Assembly: GCA_029263435.1 (NCBI GenBank)
Contig: JAJCXL010000502.1
Coordinates: 1 to 26,510 of the forward strand
Reading direction: 5' to 3'
From: Acidobacteriota bacterium
GTDB taxonomy: Bacteria; Acidobacteriota; Vicinamibacteria; Marinacidobacterales; SMYC01
DNA: 26,510 nucleotides
The notes beneath the pieces are model-generated. The model did no database searches, was not told the DNA's origin, and saw nothing but the letters and a program-made list of their open reading frames with translations. The stretch's first letter is position 1, and each line of letters starts with the position of its first letter. The translations under genes were made by a program, and so were the position numbers. Below are positions 6,610-16,004 of the stretch, one piece after another.

Positions 6610-8496
6610 CTACTCATCGACACCGCACGCGCAGGTATTGATCTCTCGCGACACGACGTGATCGCCGGCGTGAACGTGGGTCGTGCACGGCATGCACGGG
6701 TCGAAGCTTCTCAGCGTTCTCAATACGTCCACCGCTTTGAAGCTCTCCGGCGAGTCGAACTCCTCCAAGATTGGAGTCGCCATGACGGCTTCTTCATAAG
6801 GGCCGAGGTGACCCCAAACGTCTCGGGGCGAGGCGTTGATCGTGGACGGAGTGATGATCTGATAGTTCGCGACGAGGCCGCCATCGAGCTCGAGATGATG
6901 ACTGAGCCACCCACGCCCGGCTCCGGAGAAACCGACGCCCACGCGAGTGCCTCGGGTGGGAATCTCGAACGGCGTAGAGACATCGGTCTTGCCCTGCTTG
7001 AGGTAGTCGAGGCCTTTTAGCCAGTTGTTCATCGCGACGGCGTTGTTGAACAAAATTGCGTAAGCTCTGGCGCGGTTTCGCTCGAACGTGTTCCACACTT
7101 TCGGAATCTTCCACTCCATCTCGACTTCGGGTTTCTGACTCTTGGGGACTCGAAACTTGAGACTCTTTCCCGTCGCTTCCACGAAATCGTTCGTCGGCAT
7201 TTTTTGCGCGGCGGCCGTCGTCCACAGTCGGGTATAAGCTCCGGCTTCGAAAGATTGGCGATCCCATCGGGGCGCACAGGACCAGGAATATTTCTCCTTC
7301 CAGTTCTGTCCGGTGGGCTTGGGTTTGGTCTCCTTGTTCCACGGGTGGTACGGGCTGAGCGGGTTGCCGCTCGGGTCACTTGCAAAACGCTTGCCCTCCC
7401 ACTCGTCGTAGAAGGAGTGCTCGACGAACTCCTCGATCCCGGCATTGATCGCGGTGAGCTTGGTCGTGACGAGCTCCCCGTTCATGATGACGCCCGGGGT
7501 GGACCACCTCTTTTCACCCCATGAGTCGCAGTTCTCGTAGGAGGCGTCATAGGCTTCCGGATCGTCCCAGAGCCCGAGATCCGCCATGTGGATCGGGCGC
7601 TCACCGCACTTCTTATAGAGGGGATTCAGCTCGTAGAAAAACTCCGTGATGTCGTCCCAGATCGCGGCCACTTTCTTCGAGTAGTCGAAAAGCTGCTGGA
7701 GCCTGGTGTAGTACTCGTTGAACGCTTGGAGGCTCACGAGCGTGCTGACCCCACCGGGGACGATCGTCTCCGGATGTGGATACTTGCCGCCGAGCACGAC
7801 ATAGGCCTCGCGGGCGAGGCGGGTCATGGCGAGAGCTTCGACGTATAACTTTCCGGATAGCGGGTTCAGGTCGGTCATGATCTCTGCCATCGTGCGGTAG
7901 CCGTGAAGATCTCGCCCTCTCGCGTCGTAGGTCTTGGCCTTTGCCCAGGCCGACGGGTTGGTTTGCTCTACGACGAGCTGGGAGTAGTCGGGCCCGGCGA
8001 GGAGAAACAAATGGAGCGGATGATCGTAGTTGAACTCCATCGCGAGCATGAGGTTGCGAATGACGATGCCCAGTGGAGGGGGCACCACTCCGAGGGCCAT
8101 CTCGATGGCTTTGACGGCGGCGATCGAATGGACGCCGCCACACACGCCGCAAGCGCGGCTAGTAATGAAGACGGCGTCGCGCGGGTCGCGTCCGTTCATG
8201 ATGATCTCGTAACCGCGAAACAAGGTCGCCATCGAGTTCGCATTGAGCATCTTGCGCTCTTTGAGATCCGCGACCGCGTGGAACGCCAGAGCACCCGCGA
8301 CCCGGGTGACCGGATCGAAGTCCACATCCTTGACGAAACCATTTCGCGCGAGAAGCTCTTTGATCGCTTTGTCCGACAGAGGCTTCGGCCCCACGATATC
8401 GGGCGTGCCGGCCAAGGCGAAGGCTCTCGTCGCTTCTTCCCGAAGGGTCATGCGGCCTTGGGCATCGATGTCGATCGGCAGATTTTTGAAGCACAT
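6610..8496 (-). CDS. hylL: [NiFe]-hydrogenase large subunit (group 1, probably 1l), 628 aa
   Basis: L1 TSRACGVCGGVH and L2 SFDPCMPCTTH, followed by a 21-aa cleavable extension. The group call rests on gene layout and motifs, not on a tree. Confidence 0.95.
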   Translation of the reverse strand: MCFKNLPIDIDAQGRMTLREEATRAFALAGTPDIVGPKPLSDKAIKELLARNGFVKDVDFDPVTRVAGALAFHAVADLKERKMLNANSMATLFRGYEIIMNGRDPRDAVFITSRACGVCGGVHSIAAVKAIEMALGVVPPPLGIVIRNLMLAMEFNYDHPLHLFLLAGPDYSQLVVEQTNPSAWAKAKTYDARGRDLHGYRTMAEIMTDLNPLSGKLYVEALAMTRLAREAYVVLGGKYPHPETIVPGGVSTLVSLQAFNEYYTRLQQLFDYSKKVAAIWDDITEFFYELNPLYKKCGERPIHMADLGLWDDPEAYDASYENCDSWGEKRWSTPGVIMNGELVTTKLTAINAGIEEFVEHSFYDEWEGKRFASDPSGNPLSPYHPWNKETKPKPTGQNWKEKYSWSCAPRWDRQSFEAGAYTRLWTTAAAQKMPTNDFVEATGKSLKFRVPKSQKPEVEMEWKIPKVWNTFERNRARAYAILFNNAVAMNNWLKGLDYLKQGKTDVSTPFEIPTRGTRVGVGFSGAGRGWLSHHLELDGGLVANYQIITPSTINASPRDVWGHLGPYEEAVMATPILEEFDSPESFKAVDVLRTLRSFDPCMPCTTHVHAGDHVVSREINTCACGVDE

Positions 8497-8497
8497 G

Positions 8498-8782
8498 TCA
8501 GTTCGATCCTTTTTGGCCGAGTGCGTCAGCCGTGCGTTCCAGGTTTTTGTCGACGTGCTCGAACTCGCCGCTCAAGGCTGAAAGAGCTCCGGCGATGGTT
8601 GTGATGCGCTCTTTCAGCGGCTTCGCGTTGTCGCGCACGCGGATGAGGCCGGCGGCGAGCTTATCCAGGTGCTGGCTCGCCCGGAGAAGATAAAACGCGA
8701 CGCCGCTGAGATAAGTGGCGAGCACCACGACGATGGCTGCGGTAAGAACGAGCGTCCAGAGAGTGAGGGTTTCAGTCGTCAT
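8498..8782 (-). CDS. Small single-pass membrane protein TM5 (94 aa)
   Basis: MTTETLTLWTLVLTAAIVVVLATYLSGVAFYLL followed by an amphipathic helix. Starts 2 nt after the TM4 stop and stops 1 nt before hylL. Confidence 0.8.
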   Translation of the reverse strand: MTTETLTLWTLVLTAAIVVVLATYLSGVAFYLLRASQHLDKLAAGLIRVRDNAKPLKERITTIAGALSALSGEFEHVDKNLERTADALGQKGSN

Positions 8783-8784
8783 GT

Positions 8785-9078
8785 CTACGAGTCCTTCGCG
8801 GACGTCACCGCGGTCGCGATATCGGCTGTGCGCGCCTTCACACTTTGCGTGGTGGTCAGTAGCTTCGTCGCCGTCGTTATCGTCGCCGATAGAGCCGCCA
8901 CCGCTTCGGTGTTCGACGCGATGCCGGCTCCGGCGGTGAGCGCTTCTTCGAGGTTGCGCTCGATGTTGCGAGCGGCGGTCAACGTACGATGTAGCAAGAC
9001 GATCGCGAGCGGTACTACGACGAAGCTCACCACGCCCAACGTGACGGCCCAAATCCAAAGTGCGGCTTCCGGGATCAT
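8785..9078 (-). CDS. Small single-pass membrane protein TM4 (97 aa)
   Basis: N-terminal TM helix plus Ala/Thr-rich amphipathic helix. ATGA overlap with TM3. Confidence 0.8.
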   Translation of the reverse strand: MIPEAALWIWAVTLGVVSFVVVPLAIVLLHRTLTAARNIERNLEEALTAGAGIASNTEAVAALSATITTATKLLTTTQSVKARTADIATAVTSAKDS

Positions 9079-9365
9079 TTTTCACCTCCGGTGAGGTTGC
9101 CGACGACGGTCTCGAGCTCTTGATCGACTGCGGCGAGCCCGTCGCCCAGCGACGCGAGCCCTGCATTGAGCTTCGTCACTTGCGGTGCGAGGTGCCCGGT
9201 CTCGGTCTCGATGGCGCGCAGCCCGAAGCGGATCTTCGCGAGAAAGCTCGTCGGGGATCCTCCGATCGCGTCGAGCTCTCGATGGATGAGGATGAGGTAG
9301 ACGGCGACCACCAACAGCAGGGCCACGGCTGCCAAACAGCTCAGAAGAGTCAGCAGCGTGATCAT
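9075..9365 (-). CDS. Small single-pass membrane protein TM3 (96 aa)
   Basis: MITLLTLLSCLAAVALLLVVAVYLILI followed by LAKIRFGLRAIETET. ATGA overlap with TM2. Confidence 0.8.
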   Translation of the reverse strand: MITLLTLLSCLAAVALLLVVAVYLILIHRELDAIGGSPTSFLAKIRFGLRAIETETGHLAPQVTKLNAGLASLGDGLAAVDQELETVVGNLTGGEK

Positions 9366-9658
9366 GACGATTGGGTAGCCTTTCTGATGCGCTGAGCGGC
9401 GGAAGCGATGCTCCCCGCCGAGTCTAGCAGCGCCCCGGCCAAGTGATTCGTCCGTTTGAGGTGAGCGATATTGACGGTGTTTCCGGCGATGCGTTTTCCG
9501 CCCGTCCAAATGTCGGACACGCTGGTGAGAATCCGGCGCGCGGTCATCAGAATCATTTGCAGGAGTGCTATCACGACGAGCAGCACGACCGCACCGAGCA
9601 CGAGCGCGACGATCCAACGTTGTTCGGAGACTGGGGAAAGTGTCCATAAAGTGAACAT
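9362..9658 (-). CDS. Small single-pass membrane protein TM2 (98 aa)
   Basis: WIVALVLGAVVLLVVIALLQMIL TM helix plus amphipathic tail. SD GAGGAAGG. TTG 9661 is an alternative start. Confidence 0.8.
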   Translation of the reverse strand: MFTLWTLSPVSEQRWIVALVLGAVVLLVVIALLQMILMTARRILTSVSDIWTGGKRIAGNTVNIAHLKRTNHLAGALLDSAGSIASAAQRIRKATQSS

Positions 9659-9673
9659 CAAAGGTTTCCTTCC

Positions 9674-9949
9674 TCAACCGAGCCGGTCGGCGATCGTGTG
9701 GACTCGCTGATCGACGGATTGCACCGTACGGGCGATACCCTCGGTGATTCGGTTGGCATCGCCAAGGGACCAGATGGGCTGGGTCGCGGACTCGATCTCA
9801 GCCGCCACGCTGAGCGCGGTCGCGGCGAGGCTCGCGATCTTTCGCGCCACCATCAGAATCGTGATGAGGAGCACGGCCACCGCGAGGACGACCACGGCGC
9901 CGAGGATGAACCCCAGCCGCCACTGTGCAAGAACGTCGGTCTCGGTCAT
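9674..9949 (-). CDS. Small single-pass membrane protein TM1 (91 aa)
   Basis: MTETDVLAQWRLGFILGAVVVLAVAVLLITILMV plus amphipathic tail. ATGA overlap with the small-subunit stop. Confidence 0.8.
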   Translation of the reverse strand: MTETDVLAQWRLGFILGAVVVLAVAVLLITILMVARKIASLAATALSVAAEIESATQPIWSLGDANRITEGIARTVQSVDQRVHTIADRLG

Positions 9950-11193
9950 CGGTTGTCTTCTCCGGTCTTGTCGACATGCGAGCCGGGCTTGGAAGTGCCG
10001 AGGAACTGATACTTCTCGTAGACTTCGTGAACGAGTCGTTTCGCGAAACTCGGCTTGTCCACGTTCCCCCAACCACTGGGGACGTGATCGTCCCACCTCG
10101 TCGTTCGGTTCTGAAATTGCTGGGTGAGACGCCGGAGAGTGCGGATGAACGTGCCGGTCACTCGAGACAAGTTGGTCGAGACGAGCGAACCAGGCGGCAT
10201 CTTGTAAAACGGTGCGAATCGGTCTGGGAATCCCGGCATGGTGCAGCCGATACAGATCCCTCCCGTGTTCATGCACCCACCCATGCCGTTGATGGCGCCG
10301 CGCTGGGTGATGTTGCATTGAACGACCGGACCCCAACAGCCCACCTCGACGAGACACTCCTTGTCCCCGTAGCTCTCGGCAAAGAGTCCTTCTTCGTAGA
10401 AGCCGGCGCGGCCGCAGCGCTGGTGTACGGTCTCTTGGAAAAGCCACGCGGGGCGTCCGAGCTCGTCGAACTCAGGCAGCGGGCCCAATCCTTGTAAAAA
10501 CAAGAGGACCGCGGCAACGGTCTCGGTAAAGTTGTCGCCGACGGGGGAGCAGCCCGGGATGTTCACCACCGGAAGCCCCAGATCGCTTCGATAGTTCTGG
10601 CCGAGAAAATCCATGACGCCCATAGCTCCGGTTGGATTGCCGGCCGCCGCTGGGACGCCTCCCCATGTCGCGCAGGTGCCGATCGCTATCGTCGCCGCCG
10701 CGTTAGGTGCGAGGCGCGAAAGCCAGCTCGCGGTCGGGATGGGTTTCGATTGTCCGTTGGGAAGCTTCTCCGCGCCGAGCGCCGACCAGTAGCCTCCGTG
10801 TTTCTCCGCCAATCTCTCATCGGCGACGGAGCCCTCGAAGATGACCACATAAGGAGCGCCAAGCTCGCCTCTTTCGGCCATCCGATAGTTCTCGACGAAG
10901 GCATCTCCCGCCTCCACCGACAGCACTGGATGATGAAGCACCACCCGTGGCACCCCTGGAATCGTTCCCGCCATCAACATTTCCGCCGAGGGACTGGTGG
11001 CTCCGACGACACAGATCGAGCAGCCGTCGCAGCTCATCCCGGCCAGCCAGAATGCATGGACGACGTCGTAGGGCCCGAGGTTTAGCTTCTCCGACTTTGC
11101 CTCTTGCAGCCGGGCTTCTCGAAGGGCAGCAGGCGCCGCCCAGCTGTCGGGATCCATGTTCGACGCAACGTTTCCGTTCGCGATTTCTGCCAT
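9946..11193 (-). CDS. hylS: [NiFe]-hydrogenase small subunit (no Tat signal), 415 aa
   Basis: Proximal SCDGC / GTCA / PGCSP, distal HQRC...ECLVEVGC, medial CN...GGCMNTGGICIGC. SD GAGGAG. Confidence 0.94.
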   Translation of the reverse strand: MAEIANGNVASNMDPDSWAAPAALREARLQEAKSEKLNLGPYDVVHAFWLAGMSCDGCSICVVGATSPSAEMLMAGTIPGVPRVVLHHPVLSVEAGDAFVENYRMAERGELGAPYVVIFEGSVADERLAEKHGGYWSALGAEKLPNGQSKPIPTASWLSRLAPNAAATIAIGTCATWGGVPAAAGNPTGAMGVMDFLGQNYRSDLGLPVVNIPGCSPVGDNFTETVAAVLLFLQGLGPLPEFDELGRPAWLFQETVHQRCGRAGFYEEGLFAESYGDKECLVEVGCWGPVVQCNITQRGAINGMGGCMNTGGICIGCTMPGFPDRFAPFYKMPPGSLVSTNLSRVTGTFIRTLRRLTQQFQNRTTRWDDHVPSGWGNVDKPSFAKRLVHEVYEKYQFLGTSKPGSHVDKTGEDNR

Positions 11194-11218
11194 CTTGTGG
11201 CTCCTCTCGAAAAACGCT

Positions 11219-12289
11219 TCAGCAAATCCTGGGGAGCTGTTCCCCCGAGATCATCGTGACGACGCGCTCTCCGCCGACCGCCGAGCGCATCAAGACCATT
11301 GTTGGGTGGTCCGCGACGGCCTCTCCGACGATCGCGGCGTCTGCCCCGAGCGGGTGCTGTCGCATGGCGTCGAGTACGTCTTCCGCGCTTTCGGCGGGCA
11401 CGGCCGCGACGAGCTTTCCTTCATTTGCGACGTAGAGCGGATCCAGACCGAGGATCTCGCAAGCCGCGCGCACTTCGCGCTTCAGCGGGATGGCACTCTC
11501 TTCGAGCACCAAGCCGACTTGAGAGCTTCGTGCCAGCTCATGAAGCACGCTCGACAGCCCGCCTCGGGTCAGATCCCTCATAACGCGAACGGGAGCACCG
11601 GTCGCGAGAACCTTCTCCGTCAGTCCGGACAACGGCGCGCTATCGCTTTCGATGGTGGTCTCGAACTCGAGGCCTTCTCTCACCGATAGAATGGCGATGC
11701 CGTGGTCGCCGAGGGTCCCGGAGACGATGAGCTTGTCTCCGGAACGAACGCTCGCAATGGAGAGGGTCCGGTCCTTGGCCACCAGGCCGACGCCCGAAGT
11801 GTTGATGAATATCTGGTCCCCTTTGCCGCGCTCGACGACTTTGGTGTCACCGGTTACGAGACGCACGTCCGCGTCCCGACACGCTTCGCCCATCGAGCGC
11901 AGCACCCGCTCGAGTGTCTCGATCGGGAGTCCTTCTTCGAGGATGAGCCCGGCGCTCAAGGCGAGAGGGCGCGCCCCGCCCACAGCGAGATCGTTGACCG
12001 TTCCATGCACCGCGAGCTTGCCAATATCTCCGCCCGGAAAAAACAGCGGCTGAACCACGTAAGAATCCGTCGTGAACGCGAGTCGGCTGTCACTTTGCGG
12101 CAGGCTGAGCGTCGCTTGATCTTCCAAAGCCGCCAGGATGTCATTGTCGAAAGTCGGCACGATGATGCGATGGATCAAGTCTTCCATGAGCTGTCCGCCA
12201 GCTCCGTGGCCCATCGTGATCTCGGGATAACGCGACTTGGGAATAGGACAGCTACCCGCGAGCTCCGGACCAGTGAGCGGTTGGCTCAC
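11219..12289 (-). CDS. hypE: Hydrogenase maturation carbamoyl dehydratase HypE, 356 aa
   Basis: [31 protein letters not shown] and C-terminal PRIC. GTG start overlaps the hypD stop (GTGA). Confidence 0.97.
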   Translation of the reverse strand: MSQPLTGPELAGSCPIPKSRYPEITMGHGAGGQLMEDLIHRIIVPTFDNDILAALEDQATLSLPQSDSRLAFTTDSYVVQPLFFPGGDIGKLAVHGTVNDLAVGGARPLALSAGLILEEGLPIETLERVLRSMGEACRDADVRLVTGDTKVVERGKGDQIFINTSGVGLVAKDRTLSIASVRSGDKLIVSGTLGDHGIAILSVREGLEFETTIESDSAPLSGLTEKVLATGAPVRVMRDLTRGGLSSVLHELARSSQVGLVLEESAIPLKREVRAACEILGLDPLYVANEGKLVAAVPAESAEDVLDAMRQHPLGADAAIVGEAVADHPTMVLMRSAVGGERVVTMISGEQLPRIC

Positions 12290-13401
12290 CGTGCGACCTC
12301 CGTCGTCGCGGCTTCGAGGTGCCGTCCATAGGCGTAATAGGCGGCACAGGCGCCTTCGGATGAGACCATCGTCGCGCCGAGTGGCGTTTGCGGCGTGCAC
12401 GCCGTACTGAACGCCGGGCAGTCGAGGGGTTTTTTCACCCCTTGTAGAATCTCGCCGCTGATACAAATCGGAGATTCTCGGGTCTCGACTGTCTCGACGT
12501 CGAAGCGGCTGGCGGCATCGAACGCGCGGTAGCTCTCCGAGAGCCGGTAGCCGCTCGCCGGGATTGTCCCTATTCCCCGCCACTTCCGGTCGCAGACGTC
12601 GAAGACTTCGGCGAGAAGATCGCGCGCGTGCGGATTGCCCTCCCGGCTCACGACTCGCCGGTACGGCGTTCGAACCTTGGCTTCACCGGCTTCGAGCTGC
12701 TCGACCGTACGTAGGATGCCCTCGAGCATGTCGACCGGCTCGAAGCCGGTGATCTCGATAGGCACGCCGTAGCGCTCCGCAAGGGGCTCGTACTCTTCGG
12801 TACCCATCACGGTACAGACGTGGCCCGGCCCGAGAAAACCGTCCACCCGATTCGCGGGCGACTGAAGCAGAAACTCGATGGCGGGGGGCACGAGCACGTG
12901 AGAGGCGAGGATGCTGAAGTTGTCGAGACCGCGGCGACGGGCTTGCTTCACCGCCATCGCGTTGGCCGGGGCGGTGGTCTCGAATCCCACCGCGAAGAAC
13001 ACGATGTCGCGGTAAGGGTGTTTGGCGGCGAGCTCGACCGCGTCTAACGGTGAGTAGACGACGCGAACGTCGGCGCCTCGTGCTTTGAGCTCGAGGAGGT
13101 CACCCTGAGAGCCCGGCACGCGCAGCATGTCACCGAACGAGGTAAAGATGACCTCGGGACGGGACGCGATCGAATGCGCGCGGTCGATGACCTCGAGGGA
13201 CGTCACGCATACCGGGCATCCCGGCCCATGAACCAGCTCGAGCGCCTTCGGGAGCAACCGATCGATCCCGAACTTCACGATCGTGTGTGTCTGTCCGCCG
13301 CAGATCTCCATGAGGGTCCAAGGTCGCGTCATCGCTCGTTCGATGCCCTGGACCAGCTTGCGAGCAGCGACGGGGTCGCGGTATTCGTCCAGATATCTCA
13401 T
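12286..13401 (-). CDS. hypD: Hydrogenase maturation protein HypD
   Basis: [26 protein letters not shown] and the C-terminal Cys cluster with [10 protein letters not shown]. Confidence 0.98.
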   Translation of the reverse strand: MRYLDEYRDPVAARKLVQGIERAMTRPWTLMEICGGQTHTIVKFGIDRLLPKALELVHGPGCPVCVTSLEVIDRAHSIASRPEVIFTSFGDMLRVPGSQGDLLELKARGADVRVVYSPLDAVELAAKHPYRDIVFFAVGFETTAPANAMAVKQARRRGLDNFSILASHVLVPPAIEFLLQSPANRVDGFLGPGHVCTVMGTEEYEPLAERYGVPIEITGFEPVDMLEGILRTVEQLEAGEAKVRTPYRRVVSREGNPHARDLLAEVFDVCDRKWRGIGTIPASGYRLSESYRAFDAASRFDVETVETRESPICISGEILQGVKKPLDCPAFSTACTPQTPLGATMVSSEGACAAYYAYGRHLEAATTEVAR

Positions 13402-13655
13402 GAGCCGGGATCCTCGAGCTTCAACTCCGCGATCTCTCCCATGCTGTCGAGCAGCTCGAACACCTCGCGCGCGTACTGTTCGTCGATGCGTGACAGCGCA
13501 AATCCGACGTGCACGAGCACATACTCGCCCGGCTCGACCTCGGGAACGTGGTCGAGGCAGATCTTCTTGACCACTCCATCGAAGCTCACTTTTCCCATGA
13601 GGATGTCGTGCTCACGAAAGGTATCGATGACTTTTCCGGGAACTCCGAGACACAT
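13398..13655 (-). CDS. hypC: Hydrogenase chaperone HypC
   Basis: N-terminal MCLGVPG and YVLVHVGFA. Confidence 0.97.
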   Translation of the reverse strand: MCLGVPGKVIDTFREHDILMGKVSFDGVVKKICLDHVPEVEPGEYVLVHVGFALSRIDEQYAREVFELLDSMGEIAELKLEDPGS

Positions 13656-13658
13656 GAC

Positions 13659-16004
13659 CTAAACGCCTCCTTCAAGAGCTGCGGAGAGCTTCGCGGCAGC
13701 CACCGCGATCTGTCCGAGCGCGAGACCTCCGTCATTCGGAGGGACGTGATGGTGCGTGAGCACTCGAAAGCGTTTCGCTTCCAACGCCCGAAGGGCGAGT
13801 CGTGTCAGCAAAACGTTTTGAAACACACCGCCCGTGAGCGCGACACGATGAATGCTTCGCTCTTCGCGGATCCCGTCGCACATCTCGACGATGCATCGTG
13901 CGAGCGACGCGTGGAAACGTCTCGCTACGCGTTGGGGTGTGGCGCCCCCCGCGAGCTCTTCCACGATGGCCGTGGTAAGCGGTCGCGTATCCACGACCCA
14001 GCCGGACGCTCCGGGCGCGATCTCGAAAGGATAAGGCGCTTCGTCTGCTTCACCTTCGCAAAGCCACTCGAGGGCCATCGCCGCTTGCCCTTCGTAGGCG
14101 ACGACGTGCCGCAGCCCCACGAGAGACGCCACGGCGTCAAACAGCCGCCCGGCGCTTCCGCTCGGCGGAGATTGCACGCCGCGCTCGATCATCGCCCATA
14201 CGATCGCGGCTCGCTCCTTGGGGATGTCCGTGGCGTCACCCGCGTCGAGGCCGGCGTCGTGGAGATACGATAGAGCCATCCGCCAGGGCTCGCGGGCGGC
14301 GGCGTCGCCTCCAGGGAGAGGGACCGGCCGTAGCGACCCGACTCGGGTGAAGGACCGACAGTCGCCGACGAGAAACTCGCCTCCCCAAATCGTTCCATCG
14401 GTGCCCAGGCCCGCTCCGTCGAACGTGACGCCGATCGCCGGCTCGAGCGCCTCGGGCCCGTGGGAGATGGCATTGTCGGCGAGACAGCTGGCGAAATGCG
14501 CGTGGTGATGCTGGACGCCTATTTGGGCGACACCCCGTTCGTTTGCCCGGGTTGTCGCGTAGCGCGTCGAAAAATAGTCTGGATGAAGATCGTGGACCAG
14601 TGCCTCCGGCTCGAAATCGAAAAGGTCTTCATAGAGTGCGATATCCCGCTCGAAAGCCTGGCACGCTCGGAGGTCACTCAGATCGCCGATGTGATGACTC
14701 AGAAAGGCGTTGGGTCCAATGCCGAGAGCGAATGTGTTTTTCAAATGGCCGCCGACCGCGAGTAGCTTTTTCGAGGCCTCGACCGAAAGGCGCAGCGGCT
14801 CGGGAGCGAAACCTCGAGATCGGCGGATAGGCGTCGAGGTCGCCCCCACGACGCGCACTACGGAGTCGTCGCACCGTACCCGAATGGGCCGGTCATGCGT
14901 GAGGACGACGTCAGCGATAGCGCCGAGCCGGTCCACCGCGTCGTCGTCCTCGTAGGCGATGGGCTCGTCGGAGAGATTCCCGCTCGTCATGACGAGAGGT
15001 CGTCCGTCAAGAGCGCGCGAGAGCACGAGATGAAGGGGAGTGTACGGGAGGAGGACGCCAATCGTCGGATTGGAAGGCGCGACGGCTTCCACGACGATGG
15101 ACGGATGCCTTTTTTCGAGCAAGACGATGGGGCGGTGTCTCGAACGAAGCAGCTTCGCCTCGTGACTCGACACGTGCGCCCATCGACGCGCGGCGTCGAC
15201 ATCGGCCGCCATGACCGCGAAGGGTTTCTCGTAGCGCCTCTTCCGCTGCCGTAATCGGGTCACGGCCGCGGACGACGTCGCGTCGCACACGAGGTGAAAG
15301 CCTCCGAGACCTTTCACGGCCGCGATGGCACCGTGGCGAAGGCGCGTGACGAGATCGGTCATCGCATCGCCGGTTGGGCCATCTTCGTTCGCAGTGCCAT
15401 GCAACCGGAGCGTCGGACCACAAGCCGGACAAGCGTTCGGTTGGGCGTGGAATCGACGATGGGTCGGGTCTTTGTACTCTCTCCGGCAATCGCCGCACAT
15501 CGAGAAGCCCGACATCGACGTCCGTTCACGATCGTAGGGGGCACCTTCGATGATCGTCAGGCGGGGTCCGCACTGCGTGCAGTTCAAAAACGGATAGAGG
15601 TAGCGTCGGTCTCGCGGATCGAACAGCTCGCGCTCGCAATCCGAGCAGGTCCCGAGATCCGCGAGAAATCGAGGGCTAGGGCCGGGGCGGGTCGCTTCGG
15701 TCGCACTCGCTCGGATCTCGAACCGCTCGGCACCATCGACCGGCATCGGTTGCCAATGCAACGACTCGATGCGAGAGGTCTCGGGGGCGCTTTCGGGAAG
15801 GGCTTCGATAAACGCTTCCAGGCTTTGGGGCTCCCCCTCGATCTCGATGCGGACCCCGGTTACGTCGTTGACGACGAAGCCGCGGAGCGCGTGGCGCGCG
15901 GCGAGAGAGTGAACGTAAGGTCGAAATCCGACGCCTTGAACGAGCCCCCGCACGGAGATCGCCCGGCGTTCGGCATGTCGATCGTCTACGACGGGCGCAG
16001 TCAT
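13659..16004 (-). CDS. hypF: Carbamoyltransferase HypF
   Basis: Acylphosphatase domain (VQGVGFRP), two CxxC-x18-CxxC zinc fingers, KGLGGFHL, HDLHPDY, QHHHAH and LTGGVFQN. Confidence 0.98.
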   Translation of the reverse strand: MTAPVVDDRHAERRAISVRGLVQGVGFRPYVHSLAARHALRGFVVNDVTGVRIEIEGEPQSLEAFIEALPESAPETSRIESLHWQPMPVDGAERFEIRASATEATRPGPSPRFLADLGTCSDCERELFDPRDRRYLYPFLNCTQCGPRLTIIEGAPYDRERTSMSGFSMCGDCRREYKDPTHRRFHAQPNACPACGPTLRLHGTANEDGPTGDAMTDLVTRLRHGAIAAVKGLGGFHLVCDATSSAAVTRLRQRKRRYEKPFAVMAADVDAARRWAHVSSHEAKLLRSRHRPIVLLEKRHPSIVVEAVAPSNPTIGVLLPYTPLHLVLSRALDGRPLVMTSGNLSDEPIAYEDDDAVDRLGAIADVVLTHDRPIRVRCDDSVVRVVGATSTPIRRSRGFAPEPLRLSVEASKKLLAVGGHLKNTFALGIGPNAFLSHHIGDLSDLRACQAFERDIALYEDLFDFEPEALVHDLHPDYFSTRYATTRANERGVAQIGVQHHHAHFASCLADNAISHGPEALEPAIGVTFDGAGLGTDGTIWGGEFLVGDCRSFTRVGSLRPVPLPGGDAAAREPWRMALSYLHDAGLDAGDATDIPKERAAIVWAMIERGVQSPPSGSAGRLFDAVASLVGLRHVVAYEGQAAMALEWLCEGEADEAPYPFEIAPGASGWVVDTRPLTTAIVEELAGGATPQRVARRFHASLARCIVEMCDGIREERSIHRVALTGGVFQNVLLTRLALRALEAKRFRVLTHHHVPPNDGGLALGQIAVAAAKLSAALEGGV

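Noticed and set aside
6670-6715. [NiFeSe]-hydrogenase
   Set aside because: The L2 motif is encoded GAC CCG TGC ATG CCG TGC (DPCMPC), so both ligands are Cys and there is no UGA in the large subunit.
9946-11193. Classical group 1h (Hhy) or periplasmic Tat-exported group 1 assignment
   Set aside because: There is no twin-arginine signal and no cytochrome b. The proximal motif is CDGC rather than CDGD, L1 differs from RICGICGDNH, and five TM genes split the subunits.
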